In this document: positions 49,008 through 57,864 of the stretch, piece after piece
Layout of the letters: every line of letters begins with the position of its first letter
How positions within the stretch are numbered: the first letter of the stretch is position 1
Source of the DNA: Patescibacteria group bacterium
GTDB lineage: Bacteria > Patescibacteriota > Minisyncoccia > Minisyncoccales > CAZWNE01
Direction: 5' to 3'
Length of the DNA: 64,000 nt
NCBI GenBank assembly: GCA_038078735.1
Contig: JBBTTI010000003.1
Location: 8,538-72,537, forward strand
Position numbers and translations under genes: made by a program
The notes under the pieces: model-generated
What the model was told of the DNA's origin: nothing
What the model saw: the letters and a program-made list of their open reading frames with translations, nothing else
Database searches by the model: none

Positions 49008-49166
49008 TGTTAGATACTCAGTACCTAACACGTGTCTATCCAATAATTTATAATTTGTTGATTCCCATCTTTCAGCCTACAAATTTATTTATGAGCTGAA
49101 AATGAGAGAGGAGTTGTTTTATTTTATGCCGAAACTCCTCTTCAACTTCGCCCGTTCGGCCCGGGC
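49008..49166 (-). repeat. Cassette 3' module copy B
   Basis: Same order of elements as 48339-48478. Confidence 0.85.
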
Positions 49167-49171
49167 TTTTT

Positions 49172-49408
49172 TTATTTCACGCAGCGTAGCTGCTCACTAT
49201 TGGTATTGGGTGACGCTAAACGAAAACATATGATTCCACCCATAAGAGGATCGTAATACCTGTAGAGATTCGGATTTTTCGCTACAAGCACCCAACCTGT
49301 AATTTCTTCCGTGGGTGGCACGGGTATTGGCACGAGCATCTTAGGTGCACATGCACCCAAGAAAACTGAAATAGCAACCAAAAAGATTCCAAGCAAGATT
49401 ATCCTCAC
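49172..49408 (-). CDS. Small lipoprotein
   Basis: SD AAGGAGG plus GTG; signal peptide with lipobox LGAC. Confidence 0.7.
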   Translation of the reverse strand: MRIILLGIFLVAISVFLGACAPKMLVPIPVPPTEEITGWVLVAKNPNLYRYYDPLMGGIICFRLASPNTNSEQLRCVK

Positions 49409-49489
49409 GATTTCCTCCTTATATATTCCTCTTCCTTTTACCGACACACTTCGGCGCCAAGAAATGAGGTTATTTCTCTTAAAGAACTG

Positions 49490-49789
49490 CTACGCCTCCT
49501 TTGAAATTATTTTTATAGGATAAGGGTAATTTTCTTTTACCCTTCCTATGAACTCGTCCTCCTTGTCTTTCGGCAGGACGACCATAATGCCATCCGGGGC
49601 GGCATAACGAAGAACATAAAATGATTTCTCCCCCGCCAGCGAGAAGGCCGTTCTCACTAAAGAGTTAAAATATTCAATAGTGAAAGGGACTCTTCTTTTC
49701 GGATTTATGGAAATCCGAACGTAGTTGGGAAGAAATCCGTTCTCCTCATCCGCCCGAACACCCCTAGTTATCTCAATCTCTAAAGGCAT
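49490..49789 (-). CDS. Hypothetical protein (cassette-type)
   Basis: SD GAGGAGG; promoter TTGACA-N17-TATACT at 49826-49854. Confidence 0.65.
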   Translation of the reverse strand: MPLEIEITRGVRADEENGFLPNYVRISINPKRRVPFTIEYFNSLVRTAFSLAGEKSFYVLRYAAPDGIMVVLPKDKEDEFIGRVKENYPYPIKIISKEA

Positions 49790-49911
49790 GACTTGCCCTC
49801 CTCTCTTTCTTTTATTTATGCCCATAGTATAGCATGGTGATTTTGACATGTCAAGTGGCAAGCCCCTTCAATTTTTGCTTTTAGAAAACAATTTCTGTAA
49901 GATAAACAATG

Positions 49912-50371
49912 CGATGCCAATATGCTAATACATACTAATGATACAAATAAAAAATAATAAATTAATCTATCCTGAATTATCTTATTTAATTACGGGAATA
50001 TGCTTTGAGGCGCATAACAAATTAGGGAGATATGCTAGAGAAAAACAATATGGCGATTTATTGGAACAAAAGTTTAAAGAAATAAAAATTCCCTACAAAA
50101 GAGAGTTAAGGATATTTAAAACTGGCAATACAATAGATTTCCTTATTGATGATAAAATTCTTTTAGAATTAAAAGCGAAACCGTTGATTGTCAAAGAAGA
50201 TTATTATCAAACGCAAAGATATTTACAGTCGCTTAATATAAAACTCGCCTTATTAATAAATTTTCGGAACCGCTATTTAAAACCAAATAGAATTATAAGG
50301 ATAGATACTGATATAAAAAATAAATTTCTCTAAAATTAGTATCATTAGTATTAATTCGTATATTAGCATCG
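49912..50371 (+). mobile_element. GxxExxY gene enclosed by 37-bp imperfect inverted repeats
   Basis: 49912-49948 vs reverse complement of 50335-50371 match 31/37; built of ~9-bp ATACTAAT units. Confidence 0.7.
49938..50333 (+). CDS. GxxExxY protein (PD-(D/E)XK nuclease fold)
   Basis: HN.LGRYAREKQY, DFLID.KI.LELKA, Q..RYL, LLINF. Confidence 0.92.
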   Translation: MIQIKNNKLIYPELSYLITGICFEAHNKLGRYAREKQYGDLLEQKFKEIKIPYKRELRIFKTGNTIDFLIDDKILLELKAKPLIVKEDYYQTQRYLQSLNIKLALLINFRNRYLKPNRIIRIDTDIKNKFL

Positions 50372-50375
50372 ATTT

Positions 50376-53300
50376 ATGAAGTTTACTCATTTACATGTTC
50401 ACTCTCATTACTCTCTTTTGGACGGCTTGCCGAAGATTGACCAGCTTTTGGATTATGTCAAAGAACTGGGAATGGATTCGGTGGCTTTAACCGACCACGG
50501 AGTAATTTACGGCGCCGTGGAATTTTATAAAAAAGCCAAAGCCAAAGGAATCAAACCAATCATTGGCTGTGAAATGTATGTTGCTTTTGAAGGAATGCAC
50601 CAGGAGAGGCCCAATATAGATGATAAAAAATACCATTTAATTTTATTGGTAAAAAATGAAACCGGCTATAAGAATTTAGTTAAACTTATTACCAAAGCCC
50701 AGCTTGAAGGATTTTATTACAAACCCAGAATTGATGAAGAACTTTTAGCTCAACATGCCGAGGGATTAATCGGCCTGACTGCTTGTTTACAGGGCAAAAT
50801 CCCCCGCTTGATTCTGTCCGGTAAAATTGATGAAGCTGAAAAAATCGCTTTGAAATATCAAACAATTTTCGGCAAAGATAATTTTTATCTGGAACTGCAA
50901 AGCCATCCCAATATTCCGGCTCAAGATAAAGTCAATAAAGTATTAATTTCTCTTTCTAAAAAATTAAATATTCCTTTAGTTGCCACCACTGACTGCCATT
51001 ACCTTCGGCCCGAAGACAGCGATGCCCAGGATGTTTTAATGCTCATAAACACCGGAGCCGATATCAATGACCCCGAACGTTTAACAATGAAGGGAGAAGA
51101 CTTTTCTATGCACTCTGCGGAGCGCATGGCAGAAGATTTTAAGGAAATTCCCGAAGCCATTGAAAATACCCAAAAAATTAAAGACGCCTGTAATTTTGAA
51201 TTTAAATTAGGCGAAATAAAACTTCCTTCTTTCCCCGTGCCAGATAATAAAACGCCAGACGATTATTTAAAAGAACTTTGTTATGAACGATTGGAAAAAA
51301 GATTTCCGGAAAAATCAAAAGAAGTTATTGACCGGTTGGAATATGAACTATCAACGATTGCCAAGTTCGGGTTTGCCCCATATTTTTTAATTGTCCAAGA
51401 TTTCGTTAATTGGGCCAAACAGAACCGAATCGTTGTCGGTCCGGGCAGGGGTTCGGCCGGAGGCTCGTTAACAGCTTATGTTTTGGGAATTACCAATATT
51501 GATCCATTAAAATATAATCTTTTATTTGAAAGATTTTTGAATCCCGGTCGCAGCGCTTCGCCGCCCGATATTGATTTGGATTTTACCGATAGAAGAAGAG
51601 ATGAAGTGATAAATTATGTTGCCGAAAAATACGGCCGAGACAAGGTTTCCCAGATTATTACTTTCGGCACAATGGCCGCCCGAGCTGTTATTCGCGATGT
51701 CGGCCGGGCTTTGGCCTATCCTTACAGTTTTTGCGACCAACTGGCTAAAATGGTTCCTTTTGGTATGACTCTTGATCAAGCATTGGCCAACGTTGCTGAT
51801 TTACGAAAAATATATCTTGAAGATTCGCAAGCTCAAAAATTAATTGATTTTGCTAAAAAACTGGAAGGCGTCGCCCGCCACGCTTCCACCCATGCCTGCG
51901 GCGTGGTTATTTCCAAGGAACCCTTGGACAATATTATTCCTTTACAGCACCCGACCCAAAATGATAAAAACATTGTTACCCAATATGAGATGCATTCAAT
52001 TGAAGATTTGGGAATTTTGAAAATGGATTTTCTTGGTTTAAAAAACTTAACGATTATTGAAGATGCTTTAGCCAGAATTTATAAAGTACAGAATAAATCA
52101 ATTGATATTGAGAATATCCCATTAGATGATAAAGCAACTTTCAAATTATTTCAAAAAGCCGAGACGGTCGGCGTTTTTCAATTAGAATGTTTGTCAGGAG
52201 ATACTATTATTTCAAATACTACAATTAAAAAATTATATGAAAGAAAAAATAAAAAAAGATTGACATCTATCTATTTGGATGAAGGCAAGGTTCATTTGAA
52301 TAAAATTATTGATGTTTTTGAAAGTGGTGAAAAGGATGTTTATTCTTTGATCACGGAGAATAATTGGTATATTAAGTCAACTAAAAATCATTATTTTTTA
52401 ACAAAAGATGGCTGGAAAAAATTAGAAAATATAAAGCCGAACGACGAAGTTTTAATTGGTAATAAGGCCAAACATTTAATTTATAATAACTGTGAAACAT
52501 GCGGAAAACAAATAAGCGGACAAAAAGAAGGTAAAAGCAAATTTTGTTACCATTGTTCGGCTATTTTTTACAAGAATCCAAGTAAAAGAGAATCGAGAGA
52601 AAAAATTAGTGCGGCAAGAATAAAGTTTTATCAGCAAGGTGGTAGGCCTTGGAATATCGGAATAACTACTGAAAATAACGAAGTCTGGAAAAGAACTGCT
52701 AAAAAAATATCTCAAGCGCTAAAGGGCAGAAGCCTAGAAGAATTATGGGGGAAAGAAAGAGCAGAATATTTTAAACAATCTCATTCGAAGAGGATGAGGG
52801 GAGAAAATAATCCTATGTTCGGGAAAAAATGCCCTCATCGAAAAGGTGGCTTTAGAGAAGATTTGAAACATTATGTTCGCTCTACCTGGGAAGCAGATTT
52901 TGCCCGAATTTTAAAACTTAAAAATTTAGATTATCAATATGAACCATCAACTTTTAAATTAACAAGGCGAAATGGAGAAATCCTCCATTACACGCCGGAT
53001 TTTTATGTTAAATCTAATAATACTTTCTATGAGATTAAAGGCTTCCTTAGAGATTTAGACGAAGAAAAAATGGAATTATTTCAACGGCAATATCCGCAAT
53101 ATAATTTTATAATAATCAACACAACTAAATTCGCTGAATTTGCCCTACAATATAAAACACTGGTTAATTGGGAATGTCCGCAAATACCAAAGAAAAATTA
53201 CGAATTTATTAAAGTAAAAAAAATAAAATATAGCGGGCGAGAAAAAACTTACGATATTAAGATGCAGTCGCCGGGCAATAATTTTGTAGCTAACGGTTTT

Positions 53301-54674
53301 ATAGTTCACAATAGCGACGGTATGCGCCGATATTTGAAAGAATTAAAACCAAACGGCTTAGACGATATTATTGCCATGGTCGCCCTTTACCGACCTGGTC
53401 CGATGCAGTTTATTCCTGATTATATTTCCGGGAAACAAGGGGAAAAAATGATTGAATATATACATCCCAAATTAAAACCGATTTTGGAAGAGACTTACGG
53501 CATTTGCGTTTATCAGGAACAAGTTATGAGAATTGCCAGGGATTTAGCCGGGTTTTCTATGTCAGAAGCCGATATTTTAAGAAAAGCCATCGGTAAAAAA
53601 ATCAAAAAACTTCTAATGGATCAGGAAGAAAAATTTATTAAAGGCTGCGAAAAAAACGAAATTCCGAACAATATCGCCCAGAAAATCTGGCGCTGGATTG
53701 AGCCGTTTGCCCAATATTCATTCAATAAATCTCACGCTACGGCTTACGCTTTAATCGCCTACCAAACCGCCTATTTAAAAACTAATTTCCCGGCTGAGTT
53801 TATGGCTTCATTTTTAACTTCGGAAAAAGCTGACGTAGAAAGAATCGGCTTCATAATCGGCGAATGCAAAAAAATGGGTTTGGAAGTTTTAGCTCCCGAT
53901 ATTAATGAAAGTTTTGCCTTTTTTAGCGTGGTTCCTCAAAGAAACCAAATCCGCTTTGGGCTAACTGCCATAAAAAATGTTGGAGAAAATATTGTTAAGG
54001 CTATTGTTGAAGAAAGAAAACAAAATGGCCCTTATCTCTCAATCTCCGATTTTGTCAGCCGAGTTAATTCTAAAGACTTGAATAAAAAATCATTAGAAAG
54101 TTTAATCAAAGCCGGCGCTTTTGATAAATTTACCGAAAGAAACCAATTATTGCAGAATATGGAAAAATTATTGGAATCGGCCAGAGAAACTCAGAAAAAT
54201 AAAAACAACGGCCAGCAAGGTCTTTTCCAAGGAATTTCTCAAAATACTGATTTTTCTCTTCAGCCGGCAGTTTTGGCTACTAAAGCGGAAAAGCTGGCTT
54301 GGGAAAAAGAATTACTGGGATTATTTGTCAGCTCGCATCCTTTGGAAAATTTCAGCAAGATTTTAGAAGAAAAAACTCAGAGCATTGAGAAAATAAAGGC
54401 TAATTTTACAAAGTTAGTTCGCAAGCCGGTTAAAATTGGCGGGATAATTTCTTCAATCAAAAAAATTATCACCAAAACCGGCCGGCCGATGTTTTTTATG
54501 AACTTAGAAGATATGAAAGACAAAATTGAAGTGGTCGTTTTTCCTAACGCCATTGAAAGAAACCCCTCGGCCTTTCAGGAAAATAAAATCGTTTTTATTT
54601 CAGGCAGAGTTGACGACCGAAACGGCACGCCCAAAGTCATCTGCGAATCAATAGAAGAAATTATTGAAAGCTAA
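50376..54674 (+). CDS. dnaE: DNA polymerase III alpha subunit, intein-containing
   Basis: HLHVHSHYSLLDG, GPGRGSAGGS, PDIDLDF, KMDFLGL, YSFNKSHA. Confidence 0.97.
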   Translation: MKFTHLHVHSHYSLLDGLPKIDQLLDYVKELGMDSVALTDHGVIYGAVEFYKKAKAKGIKPIIGCEMYVAFEGMHQERPNIDDKKYHLILLVKNETGYKNLVKLITKAQLEGFYYKPRIDEELLAQHAEGLIGLTACLQGKIPRLILSGKIDEAEKIALKYQTIFGKDNFYLELQSHPNIPAQDKVNKVLISLSKKLNIPLVATTDCHYLRPEDSDAQDVLMLINTGADINDPERLTMKGEDFSMHSAERMAEDFKEIPEAIENTQKIKDACNFEFKLGEIKLPSFPVPDNKTPDDYLKELCYERLEKRFPEKSKEVIDRLEYELSTIAKFGFAPYFLIVQDFVNWAKQNRIVVGPGRGSAGGSLTAYVLGITNIDPLKYNLLFERFLNPGRSASPPDIDLDFTDRRRDEVINYVAEKYGRDKVSQIITFGTMAARAVIRDVGRALAYPYSFCDQLAKMVPFGMTLDQALANVADLRKIYLEDSQAQKLIDFAKKLEGVARHASTHACGVVISKEPLDNIIPLQHPTQNDKNIVTQYEMHSIEDLGILKMDFLGLKNLTIIEDALARIYKVQNKSIDIENIPLDDKATFKLFQKAETVGVFQLECLSGDTIISNTTIKKLYERKNKKRLTSIYLDEGKVHLNKIIDVFESGEKDVYSLITENNWYIKSTKNHYFLTKDGWKKLENIKPNDEVLIGNKAKHLIYNNCETCGKQISGQKEGKSKFCYHCSAIFYKNPSKRESREKISAARIKFYQQGGRPWNIGITTENNEVWKRTAKKISQALKGRSLEELWGKERAEYFKQSHSKRMRGENNPMFGKKCPHRKGGFREDLKHYVRSTWEADFARILKLKNLDYQYEPSTFKLTRRNGEILHYTPDFYVKSNNTFYEIKGFLRDLDEEKMELFQRQYPQYNFIIINTTKFAEFALQYKTLVNWECPQIPKKNYEFIKVKKIKYSGREKTYDIKMQSPGNNFVANGFIVHNSDGMRRYLKELKPNGLDDIIAMVALYRPGPMQFIPDYISGKQGEKMIEYIHPKLKPILEETYGICVYQEQVMRIARDLAGFSMSEADILRKAIGKKIKKLLMDQEEKFIKGCEKNEIPNNIAQKIWRWIEPFAQYSFNKSHATAYALIAYQTAYLKTNFPAEFMASFLTSEKADVERIGFIIGECKKMGLEVLAPDINESFAFFSVVPQRNQIRFGLTAIKNVGENIVKAIVEERKQNGPYLSISDFVSRVNSKDLNKKSLESLIKAGAFDKFTERNQLLQNMEKLLESARETQKNKNNGQQGLFQGISQNTDFSLQPAVLATKAEKLAWEKELLGLFVSSHPLENFSKILEEKTQSIEKIKANFTKLVRKPVKIGGIISSIKKIITKTGRPMFFMNLEDMKDKIEVVVFPNAIERNPSAFQENKIVFISGRVDDRNGTPKVICESIEEIIES
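52188..53312 (+). mobile_element. Intein (375 aa) in DnaE with non-LAGLIDADG endonuclease
   Basis: FQLE|CLSGDT...TKNH.F...TYDI...NNFVANGFIVHN|SDGM; AT-richer than exteins. Confidence 0.95.
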
Positions 54675-54679
54675 AACCG

Positions 54680-54707
54680 TTGACATCGATTTGCAAAATG
54701 ATAAACT
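54680..54707 (+). promoter_or_regulatory. sigma70 promoter of hicB-hicA
   Basis: TTGACA-N16-TAAACT. Confidence 0.6.
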
Positions 54708-54724
54708 AAAAATAGAATTAAAAT

Positions 54725-54973
54725 ATGTCTAAAAGATTACAAAAAATTTCATCGTACTATGCGGTTTTTGATCTAGCCCAAGAGGGCGGATATAACGTTT
54801 CTTTCCCGGATTTTCCCGGCTGTGTTACCTTTGGAAAAACCTTTGAAGAATCTAAAAAAATGGCAAAAGAAGTATTGGAACTTTGGCTTGAAGAACTTTC
54901 ATCTCAAAAAGAGGAAATCCCGATTAAAACTTTTAGACCGATTATTGATGAAGTAGAAGTCGCTCTTCCTTAA
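54725..54973 (+). CDS. hicB: HicB-family antitoxin
   Basis: EGGY.VSFPDFPGCVTFG.T.EE...A.E.LEL. Confidence 0.9.
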   Translation: MSKRLQKISSYYAVFDLAQEGGYNVSFPDFPGCVTFGKTFEESKKMAKEVLELWLEELSSQKEEIPIKTFRPIIDEVEVALP

Positions 54974-54976
54974 ATT

Positions 54977-55189
54977 ATGAAGCCGCTTGCCACTGGTAAA
55001 TTGATAAAAATCTTAAAAGAAAACGATTTTGTATTATCTCGCCAAAAAGGCAGTCATCAAATTTGGAAAAACCTAAAAACCAACATAATCGTTCCTGTTC
55101 CTCTGCACGGTAAATCAAATCCTATCCACCTCGGAACATTTATCGCCATAATAAAACAATCAAAAATTCCAAAAGAAAAATTTAAATAA
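54977..55189 (+). CDS. hicA: HicA-family toxin
   Basis: F...RQKGSH, VPVP.H, I..GT...I.KQ. Confidence 0.9.
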   Translation: MKPLATGKLIKILKENDFVLSRQKGSHQIWKNLKTNIIVPVPLHGKSNPIHLGTFIAIIKQSKIPKEKFK

Positions 55190-55198
55190 ATTATTTCT

Positions 55199-55237
55199 AT
55201 AAAAAACAGCTCCGCCAAAACGGAACTGTTTTTTTAT
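55199..55237. terminator. Bidirectional terminator
   Basis: ATAAAAAACAG..CCG...CGG..CTGTTTTTTTAT. Confidence 0.65.
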
Positions 55238-55273
55238 AGGGATGTTAGTGTTAGGTACTCAGTGTCTAACATC

Positions 55274-55471
55274 CTAACCGGCGCCTATTGTAACTCTACC
55301 CAAAGAGTTGTGAGAACCATCGCTAGCCTCGAAAAAAATACTATTATCATTGACCAAAACGGTCAATGATGGCAGTCCTAGACTGCCTAAGCGATGGGCC
55401 TCAGTTCGGAATGATTCCCAATTATCGCGAAGTAACCTCTCCGCCCTTTTGGCTGCCATATCGAATTCCAT
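55274..55471 (-). CDS. Hypothetical protein (cassette-type)
   Basis: SD AAGGAGG; bracketed by palindromes 55249 and 55650. Confidence 0.6.
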   Translation of the reverse strand: MEFDMAAKRAERLLRDNWESFRTEAHRLGSLGLPSLTVLVNDNSIFFEASDGSHNSLGRVTIGAG

Positions 55472-55744
55472 TTTTTCCTCCTTCTCACGCCTGCCTAAAT
55501 AGGTCAGGACTTATAGAGTACAAGGCCGCTATTTCCCTAGCGGCGAGATGAACACCAGCGGAGAACCGTTCTCCGTTAAGCTGACGATCATTTCGCCGCC
55601 AAGGAATTTTATAAAAGAGCTTTCCCAAATCTGAATTCGCAATTTAGAATGTTAGACGTCTGGCGTCTAACACCACGTCTAACAACATTTCGAACTAAGA
55701 TTTAGTGTGGGGCGAGAAGCATTTTATTGCTCCTGCCCCACTTT

Positions 55745-55978
55745 TTAACCACCCTTTTTTCCTCCTTTCTTCCCCCTCAGCCGACCCATGGCCCAGCCGA
55801 TAAGGAAAATAAAAATGGTTATTGTTAGCAACGGTTGCCATACCGCTGCTATCGCCCTCGCTAAGAGGGCTCCGAACCAATGTGGGTTGACGATAAATAC
55901 TATCGCCGCCAACCCCACCACCACCCACAGCGTCCTCCTCGGGTCCCCAAGGAGAAAAGATACCCATCTCCTTCGCAT
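55745..55978 (-). CDS. Small two-TM protein (cassette-type)
   Basis: SD AAGGAGG; promoter TTGACA-N17-TATACT at 56099-56127. Confidence 0.7.
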   Translation of the reverse strand: MRRRWVSFLLGDPRRTLWVVVGLAAIVFIVNPHWFGALLARAIAAVWQPLLTITIFIFLIGWAMGRLRGKKGGKKGG

Positions 55979-56166
55979 TTTCCCTCCTTAAAAAATCTTT
56001 TTATTTTTCTATAATTTCTTACCGTTTTTTCGCGGCAGCGAGGTGGCCTCTCTTTGACATAAAGCCCGAAAGGCCACTTCGCTACTGCGAATATTTATAG
56101 TATAGCATACTGCCTTGAACTTGTCAAGGGATTTAACAACCGCTGGTTTTATGCTATTATAATGAA

Positions 56167-57864
56167 ATGGAAAAAATAGAGACAATCAGGCATTCGTTGG
56201 CGCATATTCTGGCTTATGCGGTTCAGGACCTTTGGCCTGCAACCAAATTTGGCATGGGGCCTGCCATTGATAACGGCTTCTATTATGATTTTGACTTTCC
56301 CTTCCCTATTTCCGAAACCGACTTGGTGAAAATTGAGAAAAAAATGCGAGAGTTACTACGGCAAAACATCACTTTTGAAAGAAAGGAAATTGCCAAAGAT
56401 AAGGCAAATATTTTATTTAAAAACCAGCCATATAAACTTGAACTCATAAAAGATACAGAGAACGGGTCTCTGTATGTTTACCGAAGTGGCGAATTTACGG
56501 ACTTATGCAAGGGCCCTCACATTGACTCAACAAAGGAAATCCCGTTTGACGGATTTAAGCTGACCAAACTTGCCGGGGCTTACTGGCGGGGTTCAGAAAA
56601 AAATAAAATGCTGACAAGAATTTATGGCGTGGCATTTACAACAAAAAAAGAACTGGAAAAATATATCAAACTTCAAGAAGAAGCCGGAAAACGAGACCAC
56701 AAAAAAATTGGCGAGAAATTAGATTTATTCAGCTTTCATCCTGAAGCCCCAGGAATGGCATTTTGGCATCCGAAAGGGATGATTCTTTGGAATGAACTGG
56801 AAAAATTTGGAAAAGACTTAAGAAAAAAATACGGCTCTAAAGAAATTCAGACTCCCCAGCTTGCCAAGAAAATTTTATGGGATACATCCGGGCATTGGGA
56901 TCATTATAAAGACAATATGTTTTATTTTGATGTTGAAAAAGAAACCTACTGCCTCAAACCGATGGATTGCCCGTTTAATATTAAAATTTATCAGACCAAA
57001 CCGCGATCGTATAAAGAACTCCCAATCAGATACACCGAAATTGGCAGGGTTATGAGAAATGAAAAATCCGGCGAGCTCAACGGTCTATTTAGAGTTAGGG
57101 CTATCACCCAAGATGATGCTCATATATTTGCCGCCAAAGACCAGGTAGAAAAAGAAATTTCCACTCTTTTGAAAATGGTGAAAGAATACTATCGGGCATT
57201 CAAAATTAAGCCTGAATTCTTTTTCTCTACTCGCCCCGACGACTTTATGGGAGAGATACCTATTTGGGATAAAGCGGAAGAAAATCTCAAAAACGCCCTC
57301 AAAAAAGAAAAAATCATTTATGGGGTCAAGGAAAAAGACGGGGCTTTTTACGGACCAAAAATTGACATAAATATAAAAGACGCTATCGGAAGATCGTGGC
57401 AGTTAGCTACTATTCAGCTGGACTTTCAACTGCCGCAAAGATTTAATTTAGAATATACGAACGAGAAAGGAGACAGGGAAAAACCAGTCATGATCCACGC
57501 CGCTATTTTCGGATCATTTGAAAGATTTATCGGAATATTAATTGAACATTTAAACGGCGATCTTCCTTTTTGGCTGTCCCCTGTTCAGGTGGAAATAATT
57601 AATATCGGAAAATCGCAATCAAAATACGCCAAAGATATTTTGAAACAATTGGAAGAAATTAGCATAAGGGCGGAAATTGCCAAAGAAGATATGACTCTCG
57701 GCAAACGCATTCGAGAAGCTGAAATGCAAAAAATTCCCTATATTTTGATTATCGGCGATAAAGAAGTTAAGGCAAAGTCCATTAGCGTAAGACAAAGAGG
57801 AAAGGGTGACTTAGGAGCAATGAAATTGAGCAAATTCATAAAAAAAGTTAAGCTAGAAGCATGA
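56167..57864 (+). CDS. thrS: Threonine--tRNA ligase
   Basis: RHSLAH, DLCKGPH, GAYWRG, RDHKKIG, TQDDAH, GAFYGPKID, GSFERF. Confidence 0.97.
   Translation: MEKIETIRHSLAHILAYAVQDLWPATKFGMGPAIDNGFYYDFDFPFPISETDLVKIEKKMRELLRQNITFERKEIAKDKANILFKNQPYKLELIKDTENGSLYVYRSGEFTDLCKGPHIDSTKEIPFDGFKLTKLAGAYWRGSEKNKMLTRIYGVAFTTKKELEKYIKLQEEAGKRDHKKIGEKLDLFSFHPEAPGMAFWHPKGMILWNELEKFGKDLRKKYGSKEIQTPQLAKKILWDTSGHWDHYKDNMFYFDVEKETYCLKPMDCPFNIKIYQTKPRSYKELPIRYTEIGRVMRNEKSGELNGLFRVRAITQDDAHIFAAKDQVEKEISTLLKMVKEYYRAFKIKPEFFFSTRPDDFMGEIPIWDKAEENLKNALKKEKIIYGVKEKDGAFYGPKIDINIKDAIGRSWQLATIQLDFQLPQRFNLEYTNEKGDREKPVMIHAAIFGSFERFIGILIEHLNGDLPFWLSPVQVEIINIGKSQSKYAKDILKQLEEISIRAEIAKEDMTLGKRIREAEMQKIPYILIIGDKEVKAKSISVRQRGKGDLGAMKLSKFIKKVKLEA

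Noticed and set aside
48339-49102. CRISPR array from the repeated 40-mer and palindromes
   Set aside because: Only 2-3 copies hundreds of bp apart, no regular spacers, no cas genes
47570-49861. Prophage remnant
   Set aside because: No recognisable phage structural, integrase or replication genes; ORFs carry individual promoters and tails
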